A DNA stretch of 62,926 bases, filler included, from Circinaria calcarea (taxonomy: Eukaryota), in NCBI GenBank assembly GCA_051942165.1. It is 7 parts of 7 records of this genome, joined end to end, with 100 filler letters (N's around TTAATTAATTAA, not from the genome) between each part and the next. Parts side by side here need not be neighbours in the genome. Positions count along the whole stretch, not along the records: positions 1 to 8,911 come from JAVECS010001023.1; positions 9,012 to 17,920 come from JAVECS010001024.1; 5 more parts are not named here. The stretch is one strand, 5' to 3'. Made by a program: the position numbers and the translations under genes. The first letter of the stretch is position 1; each line of letters opens with the position of its first letter. Positions 1 through 10,683 of this stretch are shown piece by piece. Under the pieces are notes generated by a model that did not search any database, had not been told where the DNA came from, and saw only the letters and a list, made by a program, of their open reading frames with translations.

Positions 1-838
1 CTCGAAAGACTCTTGTCACGTGCAGGTGTCTCAACACCGCTTCCACTTGATCTTTACCGCATACCTATGTATCCTATCTATTCGTTCGGATGACTCTTCT
101 CTTCAGGCTACAAGGCTGCCTTCCCGTAACTGGGCTGGTCCCCTTTTTCGTTTGCTGTCAAATACTGCCGGGCTCGGATGGGGTAATTTACGATGACGGC
201 TTCAATCATCGATGTCAACTCGCTTCTCAGGCACAGGAATTACTCTCGTAGACAGTGCCGGCGCACTGTCATTGTTACTCCTCATTATTTTGGGACACCC
301 AATGACATGGAACTCCAGTCGGGTGGGTTGTTGGTTATTCACCTGTTGGTCTCATGGGTGCTTTTTGGCGCAAGGCTCATTTTCAGCCACAGGCATCAAC
401 GCACTAGGCCCGATAGGTCACACTGCCCCCATGCTCCCTTCTCATCGTGCATTGTATATTAACCCCACGCGCTTCCACCCCGATTGTCCTTGACTTTGAC
501 AAGTATTTCGCTGACGAGCCACCTGCTTAGTTCTATACTTTGGTCTCATTCTTGCTGGTCTGTGACACTCAAACGCCCAGTTTCAGAGTCAACGAACAAA
601 GCTCGATATCAATTCCTTTCACCGACCATAGCACCTTCTACCGATACCATAGAATCCAAGGGAAGCGTCATGCGCACATGATCACTCCATGATTTCCTCA
701 AATATCATACTTCAGTTGTCTCGCCTGCTAAATATCCGGGATCCAGGCGGTTGAAGTTCCTTTCATTGCTCCACATTTCTCAGGCGCTCAAGGTTCGTCA
801 GTGCACTTTGGCAACACACCGAAGGGTACTGTGGTTCG

Positions 839-2128
839 ATGTGCGTCATCGAGCAGTGGTCCCTCATCCATCCCGATGGCCGTTCCGAGTTAAGGGAGCG
901 CTATCATCCTTGTCAATACAGCCGTCTACCAGGCCATGCCCACCAACCGGAAATCAGGACTCTCCAGAGTCAGCATCTAGCATTTCCTCTAAACCGTACT
1001 GTAACGGAGGTGGTTCAACCACCTCTGCAATACGAGATCATTTCCCCCAATGTTGTTCCTGGCCGATCAGGGAATGGTAAACGGGAATCGAAGAGGAACG
1101 GCCTTAGGCTGGAATTTGACTGGCATATCCCGTTCACATCAAGGAAAAAGAAGCCAAAAGTCATGGCGACGGTGATCCATCCGATAACACCGCCGCCACA
1201 ACGTCCCGATATGTCGTACGTCCATCCGCAGCCATACGCTTGGCCACCTCACGCAGACATGAGGCCTAGGGTCCCTTTGGCGCCCCAACCAGAGGTTATT
1301 TCAATCACACCCAAGCCAGAAGAGCCGAGAAGGTCAACATCTCAACGTCGCCACCGACACCGTCCTGAAGAACCAGCACCCCCAATCGTGGCGACGCGGG
1401 AGCACACTCGACGTCATCCAGCGCGATCTCCTTCACCGCCCCGTCGTCGACATTCCATCTTTCCAACCAGGGTACATACGCGGCGACCGACTCCTCGATC
1501 TCCTTCACCGCCCCGTCGTCGACATTCCATCTTTCCAACCAAGGTACATACGCGGCGGCCGACTCCTCGATCTCCTTCACCGCTACGCCGCCGGCACTCC
1601 TTGATCCCGATTCGACTACGTCCCCTACCAATTATCACCAGATCCCCTTCACCCCCTCGGCGGAACCCTTCCGAAAGGCGATTAAGACAGATTGACGAGC
1701 ATTTGCACCAGCTTGAAGCCGATCTAGTTGTTGCACGGAGGGAGGCACGGAGAGAACGCATCGGAAGATTACAAAGAGAAATTGACAATTACCGCATAAG
1801 ACGAGAAACGGAGCTAGAGACGGAGCGGACACGTACCGAACAGGACGAATCTAGAGCGCGCTTCGACAGAGAGCGTAGAGACAGGGCTGTCCGAGACAGG
1901 CAACGGCCTATCACTGTACATCAGCCCCATGACAACAGCCTCGAAGATAGGGGAAGCCGTGTGCTGGAGCAAGCCGTGCGCGACCGGCACATACGGCAGG
2001 CGGCACCGGGGCCACTAGCTACAGGTCTATCACGCGAAAGAGGAAGCATTAGAGGAAGAGATAGAAATGTGGCAGAGGAGATTGTTTGGGACGATGATCG
2101 AGCGAGGACCGGGCGGCGTTTCATTTGA
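839..2128 (+). CDS. Hypothetical Arg/Pro-rich protein (429 aa) with internal 24-aa repeats and a C-terminal charged coiled-coil-like region
   Basis: Long ATG-to-TGA ORF; RSPSPPRRRHSIFPT repeats; R/E-rich helical C-terminus; no recognised domain. Confidence 0.65.
   Translation: MCVIEQWSLIHPDGRSELRERYHPCQYSRLPGHAHQPEIRTLQSQHLAFPLNRTVTEVVQPPLQYEIISPNVVPGRSGNGKRESKRNGLRLEFDWHIPFTSRKKKPKVMATVIHPITPPPQRPDMSYVHPQPYAWPPHADMRPRVPLAPQPEVISITPKPEEPRRSTSQRRHRHRPEEPAPPIVATREHTRRHPARSPSPPRRRHSIFPTRVHTRRPTPRSPSPPRRRHSIFPTKVHTRRPTPRSPSPLRRRHSLIPIRLRPLPIITRSPSPPRRNPSERRLRQIDEHLHQLEADLVVARREARRERIGRLQREIDNYRIRRETELETERTRTEQDESRARFDRERRDRAVRDRQRPITVHQPHDNSLEDRGSRVLEQAVRDRHIRQAAPGPLATGLSRERGSIRGRDRNVAEEIVWDDDRARTGRRFI
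1424..1600 (+). repeat. 72-nt coding tandem repeat, about 2.5 copies
   Basis: CGATCTCCTTCACCGC recurs at 1424, 1496 and 1568; unit encodes RSPSPPRRRHSIFPT(R/K)VHTRRPTP. Confidence 0.9.
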
Positions 2129-2476
2129 TATTTGGTACCTATGTATCACATCGATGTATTAGGTTCTCCATCCGAGGGATTGACCGGGTGTTTTTGGCTA
2201 GAAACTCAGGGATGCTGGTTCTTAGAGGATTGTTACATTATAGATCTTGTATCGTTTATTTTTTTTAGTATTCCTTTCCCCCGCTATCTTGAATCTTCCT
2301 CTAGGAGATTAGGTCTAAGAGATCTCGAGCGTGCAAAAGAATCATGGGAGTACTAGTGGGAGTTAAGATACGAAACCTTGGGAACCCTGGAGATTGAAGG
2401 GAAACATCGGCGCGGATAATACGCCGCTTGACCCCGCTTTTGTTGTTACCATACACTGGAAGTCGGACCGCTTGCA

Positions 2477-2614
2477 TTAAATTTTTAATATTCTAAATAA
2501 CTTTCGATTTATATATAATTAAACTAGTTATTTTTTTATAAAGTTTATAAATTTTTATTTCGAAAACTATTTTTTATTATTATATAAATATATAATTTCG
2601 AATTAACGAGTTTT
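2477..2614. repeat. AT-rich, RIP-like degenerate repeat relic
   Basis: Abrupt switch to very AT-rich, TpA-rich sequence directly abutting a putative LTR. Confidence 0.6.
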
Positions 2615-2899
2615 TGTAAGGGTGCTAGGATAGGCTAGACTGGTATAAGGGATAGAGTCACTCCGTAGTGCACGATTACTGAAGCGTAGTTGAACTGTTA
2701 CTTCATTAACTGCTATAAGCATGCTATTCTAAACAGAGCCGAATAGCCTGCCTATATAGTACTGGTGATCCCACCTGATCCCTACGCTCCCTGGGATCAC
2801 TGGGAGCCACCGGGAGCAGAGCACCCGGCCTCAGGTTGTCCCGCTCCGAGCCCTTGCCTCCTATGGCTTAGCGTATGTCATGGTGCTGGCGCCATAACA
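2615..2899. mobile_element. Putative retrotransposon LTR (about 285 nt)
   Basis: Starts TGTAAG and ends GGCGCCATAACA (TG...CA). The 3' end resembles that of the TSD-flanked LTR at 18472-18825 (GCGCCATTACA). No TSD found. Confidence 0.5.
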
Positions 2900-3170
2900 T
2901 GGGACTTGTTGGATGATATGATGGGAGGGGGTGGGTGGAGGAGTTGGGTTGCGGAGTGAGGCTTTAGCGGTTATCGTTCGGAGAAAATGTTTGGTTGGAG
3001 GGTTTTGGAGTGCTGTTTTCTACCCGGTGTCCTCTGCTCGCTATATCCTAACCTCGAAGCTCTCTTTTGGGAAACTTCAGGGATAAGATCTGATCTCGGA
3101 GCCTGTGGTCTACGTGCCGGATCCTCTCCTCAAAGCTGTCTTCCGGAAACGTCCGATGTCGAACCTCAAT

Positions 3171-4553
3171 CTAGAACCTGTCGTCTACATGCCGTATCAC
3201 CGCCTGCGACCTAACTTCTCCCAGACCGTTTTCCAGGTCCACGCTGCCACTTCCACTATTGCCCTCCCCGTCACTCCTGCTTCTGTTCCTACATTTAAAG
3301 GACTGGAGCGGTAGCGCTAGATCCTCGCTCACGGTTCGATCGCGCGTCTTGGCTGGAACGGCAATCTTATATTGTTCGAATGTGGGGGAAGTACCAATGC
3401 TAGGAGCAGTCCTGCCGGATGAAGTCTTGCTGACGTGCGTGATGCGAATACCGCGGAGCCAACGCCAAAGTGGGAGGAGGGTGGGGATACAGGCGGCGCA
3501 AATGCCGACATTAATTTCCACACTGTAGGGGGTTAGAGCGGTGTGCGCGATAGGCATTGGGTTTGGAACATCTTACGTTCGCCACATGAAGTTGACGACT
3601 CCTTCCCCTTGAGATATAGAACATTAGCCTTGAGATGTACCGTACATCCTGAGATTCAACACTTACAGGTCGCGTCCTGAGAAACATTTTGCCCATTCAG
3701 AACGGTACGGACAATGCAGGCCGCTGCAGTACTAATGACGTTTAGCAAGGGTTGACTCGAAAATACCTCGTTCGTACATTAAGCCCAAGCCCATAAGGAC
3801 ACAACAGGTCACTTTTGTCCCAAGACTGATTTGGACCTTGCGGAGAATCAAGATCGGAAAGCTAGCAAGGATAAAGTCGGAAACAATAGATATAACTACG
3901 AGGGAATATCAGATATATTCAAACAGATGAATGGGACCAATCATACTTGCTTGGGCGATTATTATCCTTTCCAACTGACCGTCAGAGAAGCACTTTCCTT
4001 GTTTTGCCGAATTCCAAGCAGCGTCGACCGGAATACACTGGAAGATCCATACCAGTGCAAGAATAACATGGCTCTAGACCAGGACGCCAATGAGTGCCTG
4101 AATAGGCATCACTATATTCTTCTTCACCACAATACGTAGCAGGAGCAAACAGATGGAGATCTTGAGTAGCATCAGTGTAAAAAACGTTTGCACCCATTCG
4201 ATATAACTAAGTTTCTTGAAGTCGCGATACTTGTCTTCAGTCAGATAGTAGCGGTGCCGTCTGTATCCATCTTGAAGCAGAGGGATGTCCAGTCCTGCCC
4301 CAATAGTGGTTCCAGCCTATACCTTTGTCAGAAGCAAATGTCGGTAGTGGAATCGTCATAAATTTCATCATCTTACCACAGCGGCTACGATAGTCCAGTC
4401 GTCCCATCCTATGCTCTTTGTCAAGAATTTTCGAGTTATCATTCGAAGGATCATGGAGACAACTGAAAGCGTCAATGCACCAATGACCATGCCAGCTATT
4501 GCAGCAGATCTATCTCGATTTCCACCCAGCGGAGGAGTAAGGTGTGTATCCAT
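3171..4553 (-). pseudogene. PTH11-like (fungal rhodopsin-domain, SAT4-type) integral membrane protein; multi-exon, with an in-frame stop
   Basis: Spliced motifs LRMITR..GWDDWTI, LKISICLLLLRI, QCIPVDAAWN, SDFILASFPILILRKVQ, EINVGICAACIPTL; in-frame TAG at 4074-4076 inside a TM segment. Confidence 0.75.
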
Positions 4554-5793
4554 GTTTCTCGTGACTTCCACATAAACTGTTGATGGAGGATAATGGCTCA
4601 GTGAGGAGAGAGTGCGAAATACTCCTTTCGGAATCTCAAGAATAGGGTGACTAGTACGATTTGATAAATCCCACGAAAGGAAAGCAAAAGGCCAGATGTA
4701 TCATACCCTCGACAGCTTGTGTTGAATCAAGCAGGTCACCATGCATCACCAAGCCGTGACTATGCCTTTTCAGCCTCGCCATTTCCACTCCGTCAGCGTC
4801 ATAACGAGGTATGTTCTAAACAATAGAGCCGAAGGAGTACACCCGGATGGATGCATCAAGTCACGGCGTAGTGGTCGGCCGGCAACGCTACTGCCTCCTC
4901 CAGCATATCGGACGTGTTGTGTACCGCACGTTTATATGCAGACCAAAAGCCATGGGTGTCAATGGGGGCGATGGTGGAGGTATGCACCCGGCTCTCGAAG
5001 GATTATCCAATCATTCCCGCGAAGAGCAGCTTGCGGAAAGTGGTAGCACTACGGCGTAGGCATATCAGGGTGGAGTCTGAAACGATCGATGGACTCGACA
5101 ACTTCTTAATCATGCCCGACATCCAATTCTGCATTCAACCGGCTTAGAAAGGAGGTACAGCAAAACAAGCTGGGTATATATCGAGGGATCAATAACATGG
5201 CAAGCAATGAGCAAAACAATGTGAGCAGGAGTCCGTTCAAGTGCCGCATCGACCGATAAGCAAAGCAGAGTCACGTGGAAGGCCAGATATGCTTGTCGGT
5301 TAGACCGAGGCCTGGTCGCATAGTTCGTGGCAGCGCGAAACTAGAGCCTTGTACCCTAGAAGTCGGTTACTCGGTAGAATACTGTGGTCGGATGGGAAAT
5401 AATTCATAGTACGATCTGCAAATACCGGGGAGTTAATTGGTCGCTACATACAAAATAAGCCGTGTTTTGCCAAGCCTACTATAATTTATTTCTCCTGCGA
5501 CCACAGTACATGTAGGTGAATGTGGTGGTGCCACGAATGATGTAACCAGGCCTCGGAGTGTACACTTTTACTGCTGTGCCACCACTCACTTCAGTCAACG
5601 GTGATCGGCGCGGCAATGGGGTCCCACGTGAATGGTTTCTAGTTTCATCCCATGTCCTTTGGAAGTTGGTCATGGTAGCCTGAAGCTTGATTTACACTGC
5701 CTTTCCCCTTGAACATAGTTTTCCTCCACCTTCACTGTCCTTGGCCAGCGGACTGTAATCTTTTGAGCGTTCTGGTCGTGGATAGGATAGCAC

Positions 5794-6897
5794 ATGGCAG
5801 CTACACAGCTGGCTCCGGTCCCGGCCCACGAGATAGTGTTTTCTCCCAAGCAGTTGCCTAATCTACGGTCCAATCGCGGTAAGAATGTCGATCACTCGTC
5901 GACAGGCTGGATGAAGCCCACGGCACTGTCTACGCCTATGGAAGAAATACGAAAGCGGTTTGATACCGACGGCTACGTCTGGATCAAAGAACTGATACCG
6001 CGAGAGGATGTATACGATATGCGAGAGCAGTATGGCTTCGATGCGCCAGCATCAGAAGGTACTCGAGCCAGGTGTACTAATAGCGGACAGTTATTTCAAA
6101 CAGTTTGCTCCGACGGGTATTCTCCTACCAAACACTTCCCCTCGTGATGGGATCTTCGATTCTGCCAAGGACCCTCTTGTCCATCAAGGTATCGGCGGGG
6201 TTCCCGAGGAAGCTACACTTGAACTATTGGATGCAGCCCATGCCACTCCAGAGTATCGTAAATTCCTTAAACATCCTAACCTACGGAGCTTCATTCGGGA
6301 GTTTATGGGATGGGAAAAGGAGACAATGGTCAAGCGGGCCATGCTGCGGCATAATTGTCCCAATAGCCTAAGCACCGGTATTCTAAGATTCCTTGGGAAG
6401 CGACTGACGATATAGCTGTTGATTTAACAGTAGGTATCCACTACGATCAGTACTTCCTGCGAGCTGGCGAAGCGGACTTCCTTACCGCTTGGATACCCAT
6501 CGGTGACTGCTCCGCTACAGGCGGCGGACTAATGTATCTAGAAAACAGCTCAACATTAGGGAAGACCATGGAAGAAGATTTCCTACGTATGGCCGAGCAC
6601 CTCAGCCCCCAAGAGCGTGTCGATGCCTTCAATGCGTATATGAACAAGGACGGCTTCCTCTGCCATGATGCAGAAGAGTTCGGCAGGGTGCAAGCGAAAG
6701 GAAAGTTAAGGTGGTTGGTTGGAGACTACGAAGCGGGTGATGTGGTATTTCACAACCCTTACATGATTCACGCTGCTACGAAGAATGAAGATGAATTTGG
6801 CCGGATTAGGCTGGCGTCGGATCTGCGGTTTTATGAGGAGGGGGCTGCGTTGGATGAACGATGGATGAAGTTGTGGAGGCATGATGATGGCCTGTAG
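5794..6897 (+). CDS. Phytanoyl-CoA dioxygenase (PhyH) family Fe(II)/2-oxoglutarate dioxygenase, 3 exons
   Basis: DGYVWIKELIP N-terminal motif, GIHYDQ (HxD), TAWIPIGD, GGGLMYL, GDVVFH..MIHA..N and RLASDLRF; GT-AG introns at about 6030-6090 and 6377-6433. Confidence 0.88.
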
Positions 6898-8099
6898 GTC
6901 TGTCGTTGGTATTATAGGCGGTCATGTGAGTTTCTTATCTGAAGCTGTTACATTCAAGCAAGCGAGTCAAGTATTCTTTCCCGCTCATAACAGCAGTCCT
7001 TCTCTCACACCACCTTCTTACATTTACTGAAGCGTTCTTCATACTATACAATGTCCATGTTTCAATCCATCACGCTTACTTCCTGCAAACTCGCCTCTGT
7101 TAAGTACTTCTCGGTAGAGTCTGCGGATCGCTGCTAGAGGGTAGAGCAGTATCTCCTCTCGATGTGCCGATAGGCCCAAAACCAATGTCTTCTATCGGCG
7201 GTTCCGGTTACGATGGCTTGCGCAAGGAAGTACAACAACGTCTCCACTTCTTTCCATCTCTGAACTTGTTACTGTCTAGCTTTCGTTATGAGGGATGGAT
7301 TGTCTGTAAAATGAATTCCTCAACGACTACAAAGGGGTCCTCCATTTGTCCTTGTGGCACTGGTGAACGATCACTCGAGTCCCTCGAAGAAGCAAAGTTT
7401 AGTGATGCAGCAAACCTCCTTAGAAACATTCGTGATATCAGAGATACATCAACTTGAAGTAGGCTTGATCAAAGGGAGCGTCCGGCGAGACAGGCTCGTA
7501 CCACAACTCCACGGTATTGGGCTATAGATTTTCCAAAGTCGGTGTCAATACAACTGTGCTATACACTACGCTCTCCCTAGTAGTAGATGACTGCAGGGAT
7601 TTGCTTGGCCAGACTATAAATATTTCGTAGAAGATATGCCTATTTTCCTTTTCCTTCCTTTCAAAAGGCGAGTACCGCTTTATTCAGGCCGGATTGACAG
7701 ACAGTAAAGGTATGCAAAGTTTGCTCGAGTAATCTGTGGTATGGCGAAATACTCCATCGGGACGCTGTGTCGACAGCTAGGCCACCAAGCGGTGTGACAC
7801 ACCCTCGCCCACTTTCATACAAATCTATGGGACGTACTACAGCAGTTAGGAGTATGCCAGAGATACTTCGCGAGACGAGACATTCTACGGAACAGATCTC
7901 CGGAGAAATAAAGTTTTGTTACAGCACCTTTGCTGCGGCTATTGCTAATCAAACCATTCAAATGGGTTTGCTCCTGGCAGAATAGACTGCCAAAACAAGC
8001 ATCTCAAACCAACCTTGCCTTTAGTTCGACGGTCGGGCGCGGTTCTCGTGCACCGGTATTGCGCATGGCCTGTCTTGCGGGAATGAACGATGTCGCAGC

Positions 8100-8286
8100 T
8101 GCTCGTGTAAAGTGCCGTTCTGACAACATGCCCCAAGGTAAACGCGAGGGGGATATTGGCAGTACGACGCCACTTTACATAACAGCAGCTAGAGTGGACG
8201 GCAATACGGTGATCATACAGGTGCTCCTCGGCCACGGGGTAAAGTTGGAGGTGTTCTATTTCGCTGGTCGCTCTCCACCTAGGTAG
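8100..8286 (+). pseudogene. Possible degenerate ankyrin-repeat fragment
   Basis: GSTTPLYITAARVDGNTVIIQVLLGHG resembles the ankyrin consensus G.TPLH.AA..G...VV..LL..GA; no intact gene context. Confidence 0.35.
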
Positions 8287-8354
8287 GTCCTAATTATATG
8301 AAAAACGAGGACAGAATACGCAAGCTTACCTTCCTTTCTACAGCTAGGACTCAT

Positions 8355-8840
8355 CTAGCCAAATCTATTGGAATCAGAGTACATCAACTCGTACCTCCCA
8401 CGAATGATAATTAGCATACAGTGGTTATTACTCTCTTCATCCTCGAGGTTTCTCCTGAAGTGAATGGTCGTGCTCCAACTGAACGTTTGATCCTCCTCGT
8501 CCCTGTCTGGCACGCCCATGACCGACTTCCCGAAAGCCGCAAGCTGTTCATCGAAGACTCGCTTGAAGAAAGACAGGTAGGTGTCCTTTTCCTTATCTGC
8601 AGGTTCGCCAAGTTTCCCCTCAAGGTGCTTATCGACCTTCTTGTCTGGCCAGTTGAAAGATATGATCTCTGGGCTCTGTCCTACAATGGGGGATGAGCCA
8701 GTAACAACGGTTGGGACAATCATGATCCTATATGCTTGGATCTTGGGACGGATGGGGAGGGGTTCCGATGCACAATAATCTGCTCTGGAACGATCGGTCA
8801 GCTCCGAGTTAAACACGGCAGAAAGCAATAGGACGCACAT
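8355..8840 (-). CDS. Hypothetical protein exon or fragment next to the AT-rich contig end
   Basis: 161-codon open frame with globular-protein-like composition; no motif recognised. Confidence 0.3.
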   Translation of the reverse strand: MCVLLLSAVFNSELTDRSRADYCASEPLPIRPKIQAYRIMIVPTVVTGSSPIVGQSPEIISFNWPDKKVDKHLEGKLGEPADKEKDTYLSFFKRVFDEQLAAFGKSVMGVPDRDEEDQTFSWSTTIHFRRNLEDEESNNHCMLIIIRGRYELMYSDSNRFG

Positions 8841-8911
8841 AATTATAATTAATATATATAATATAAATAATAAATAATAAGAAAACGGGCTATATATTAA
8901 ACGGCTTAAAT

Positions 8912-9011
8912 NNNNNNNNNNNNNNNNNNNNNNNNNNNNNNNNNNNNNNNNNNNNTTAATTAATTAANNNNNNNNNNNNNNNNNNNNNNNNNNNNNNNNN
9001 NNNNNNNNNNN
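8912..9011. other. Artificial contig spacer (N44-TTAATTAATTAA-N44)
   Basis: Linker with stops in all six frames, repeated identically six times in the window. Confidence 0.99.
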
Positions 9012-9579
9012 CTCCCTAACCCGTATCCTCGAGCTCGAAAACTCCCTTCCCTCCTTCTCCCCCAGTCCACCCCTCCCTCCTTCCACCAAAACCCCAACCA
9101 CCACCACAACCATACCCGCCAGTCCTCCGTTCCTCCCCAGCGCAACCGCCGACGCACCGCCCGATGCGCTGCCCTACCATTGGCTGGAGCTGGGCGAGAT
9201 GCTGCTGGACGCGGCGCCGGATGATGTGCAGGAGCCAGATGGGGTGAGGCGGCTGATGCGGGATTTGAGAGAGTGCCGGATGGCGAAGATGCGGGAGGGA
9301 GTGAGGATACTGGAAGGGGGAAGGGAGGTCAGGATGAACGGGGTGGGGGGCATGGAGGTTGCGGAAGGGAGGGCGTTTATTGGTGGGGTGGTGGATGGAC
9401 TGAGGTACATTGAAAAGGGAGGGATCTGGGTGATGAGGTCTTTGGCTAATGTACCTTTGGACCGCAGGAAAATTGGCGCCTCCAAGGAGTTGTCAAGGAA
9501 AGAGAGAGAGGCCGAGGAGAGGGAGAATGGTATCGGCGGTGCAGAAGACGACGAGGATGAAGATGAGATGGACATTTAG
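9012..9579 (+). CDS. PSF2: GINS complex subunit Psf2, 5'-truncated by the contig edge, one intron (about 9406-9467)
   Basis: [66 protein letters not shown] is the typical fungal Psf2 C-terminal half. Confidence 0.9.
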
Positions 9580-10683
9580 TTGGTCTCGCCAATTAGCGCT
9601 CCCTTCATATCGATGAAGGAATTGCGTTTTCCACTCTTCCTGCATATTATTCGACCTTCTAATCCTTACGAATCGGGTACCTAGGTAACCATAAATAACC
9701 AAAGACCTACTTGGCGGTTGGGTACCTGCTACATGTCGTAACATTTATCTGGATTTTTTTGTAGCACGAGCTTTAGTAGAGTTTACTGTACACGATTCGT
9801 CCCTCCCCTTCATCCTTCCCTTCAAGGCGGGACGTCCATTCCCTCCAATAGTCCCCCATGTTTGCTCGTTTGAATGTCCATGAACATGCCTACTAGCCCT
9901 TGATGATACAGAATAGAGACAAACGCGTCTGCCTCACGAGGAATATCCCCAAAAACCCCTGATGAAACTTCCCGTCTTTTCCCCGGAGAATGTCTCGCAC
10001 TCAGTTTTGGCTAGACGAGACTGAGATTAGAACCTCATTCATGCTGCTATCAGAACCTCATCACATGCTGTTGCTTCATGGAGAGAAAAACAAAACAGAA
10101 CCGATTGGTAAAACAAAAACGCACGGACGCCGGTTTGAAATGCAAGAAGGCCAGAAATGGCAGACTTTTTGGCGGGACGGTTGAGAAATGGTAGTATCCC
10201 CGAGGATATGCAAGATAGTGGAGTCGATAACGATTCTGAAGATGGACATCTGAATCCGGTCCGAGTTTTCAAAAGGCGCAAGGCGTATCCATTGTCATGA
10301 TGGATCCGAAATTCCATCAATTGGCATATCAAATCTGCTCGCATCGTGTTTCTATTCATGTTGCCATGAAAGCTGTACAAAGCCAAGGGTGATACTCCGA
10401 GAGAGCGTACCAGATGCTACCAACAGCCCACCGCAAAGCAGGTCGTAAAAATCTGTACCTAGTGCTGATAATGATACAATAGCGAATTCTCCAATTAGCA
10501 CAATCAATATCGTCATAGTGGTGACCAAATCTCGAAGTTGTTGGATTAGGGCTATCCAAGCCAAAACCGTCTCCAACAGATAGGTCGCTTCCCCTAAAAA
10601 CCCACATCGATCAAGTTGAACGATGCGCTCAATATGATCCCACGGAGCATGATAAGCCAATTACCTGAAGTGGTCTCTTAAAA

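Noticed and set aside
8956..8967. TTAATTAATTAA palindrome recurring every 9 kb or so
   Set aside because: Synthetic six-frame stop linker, not a biological repeat
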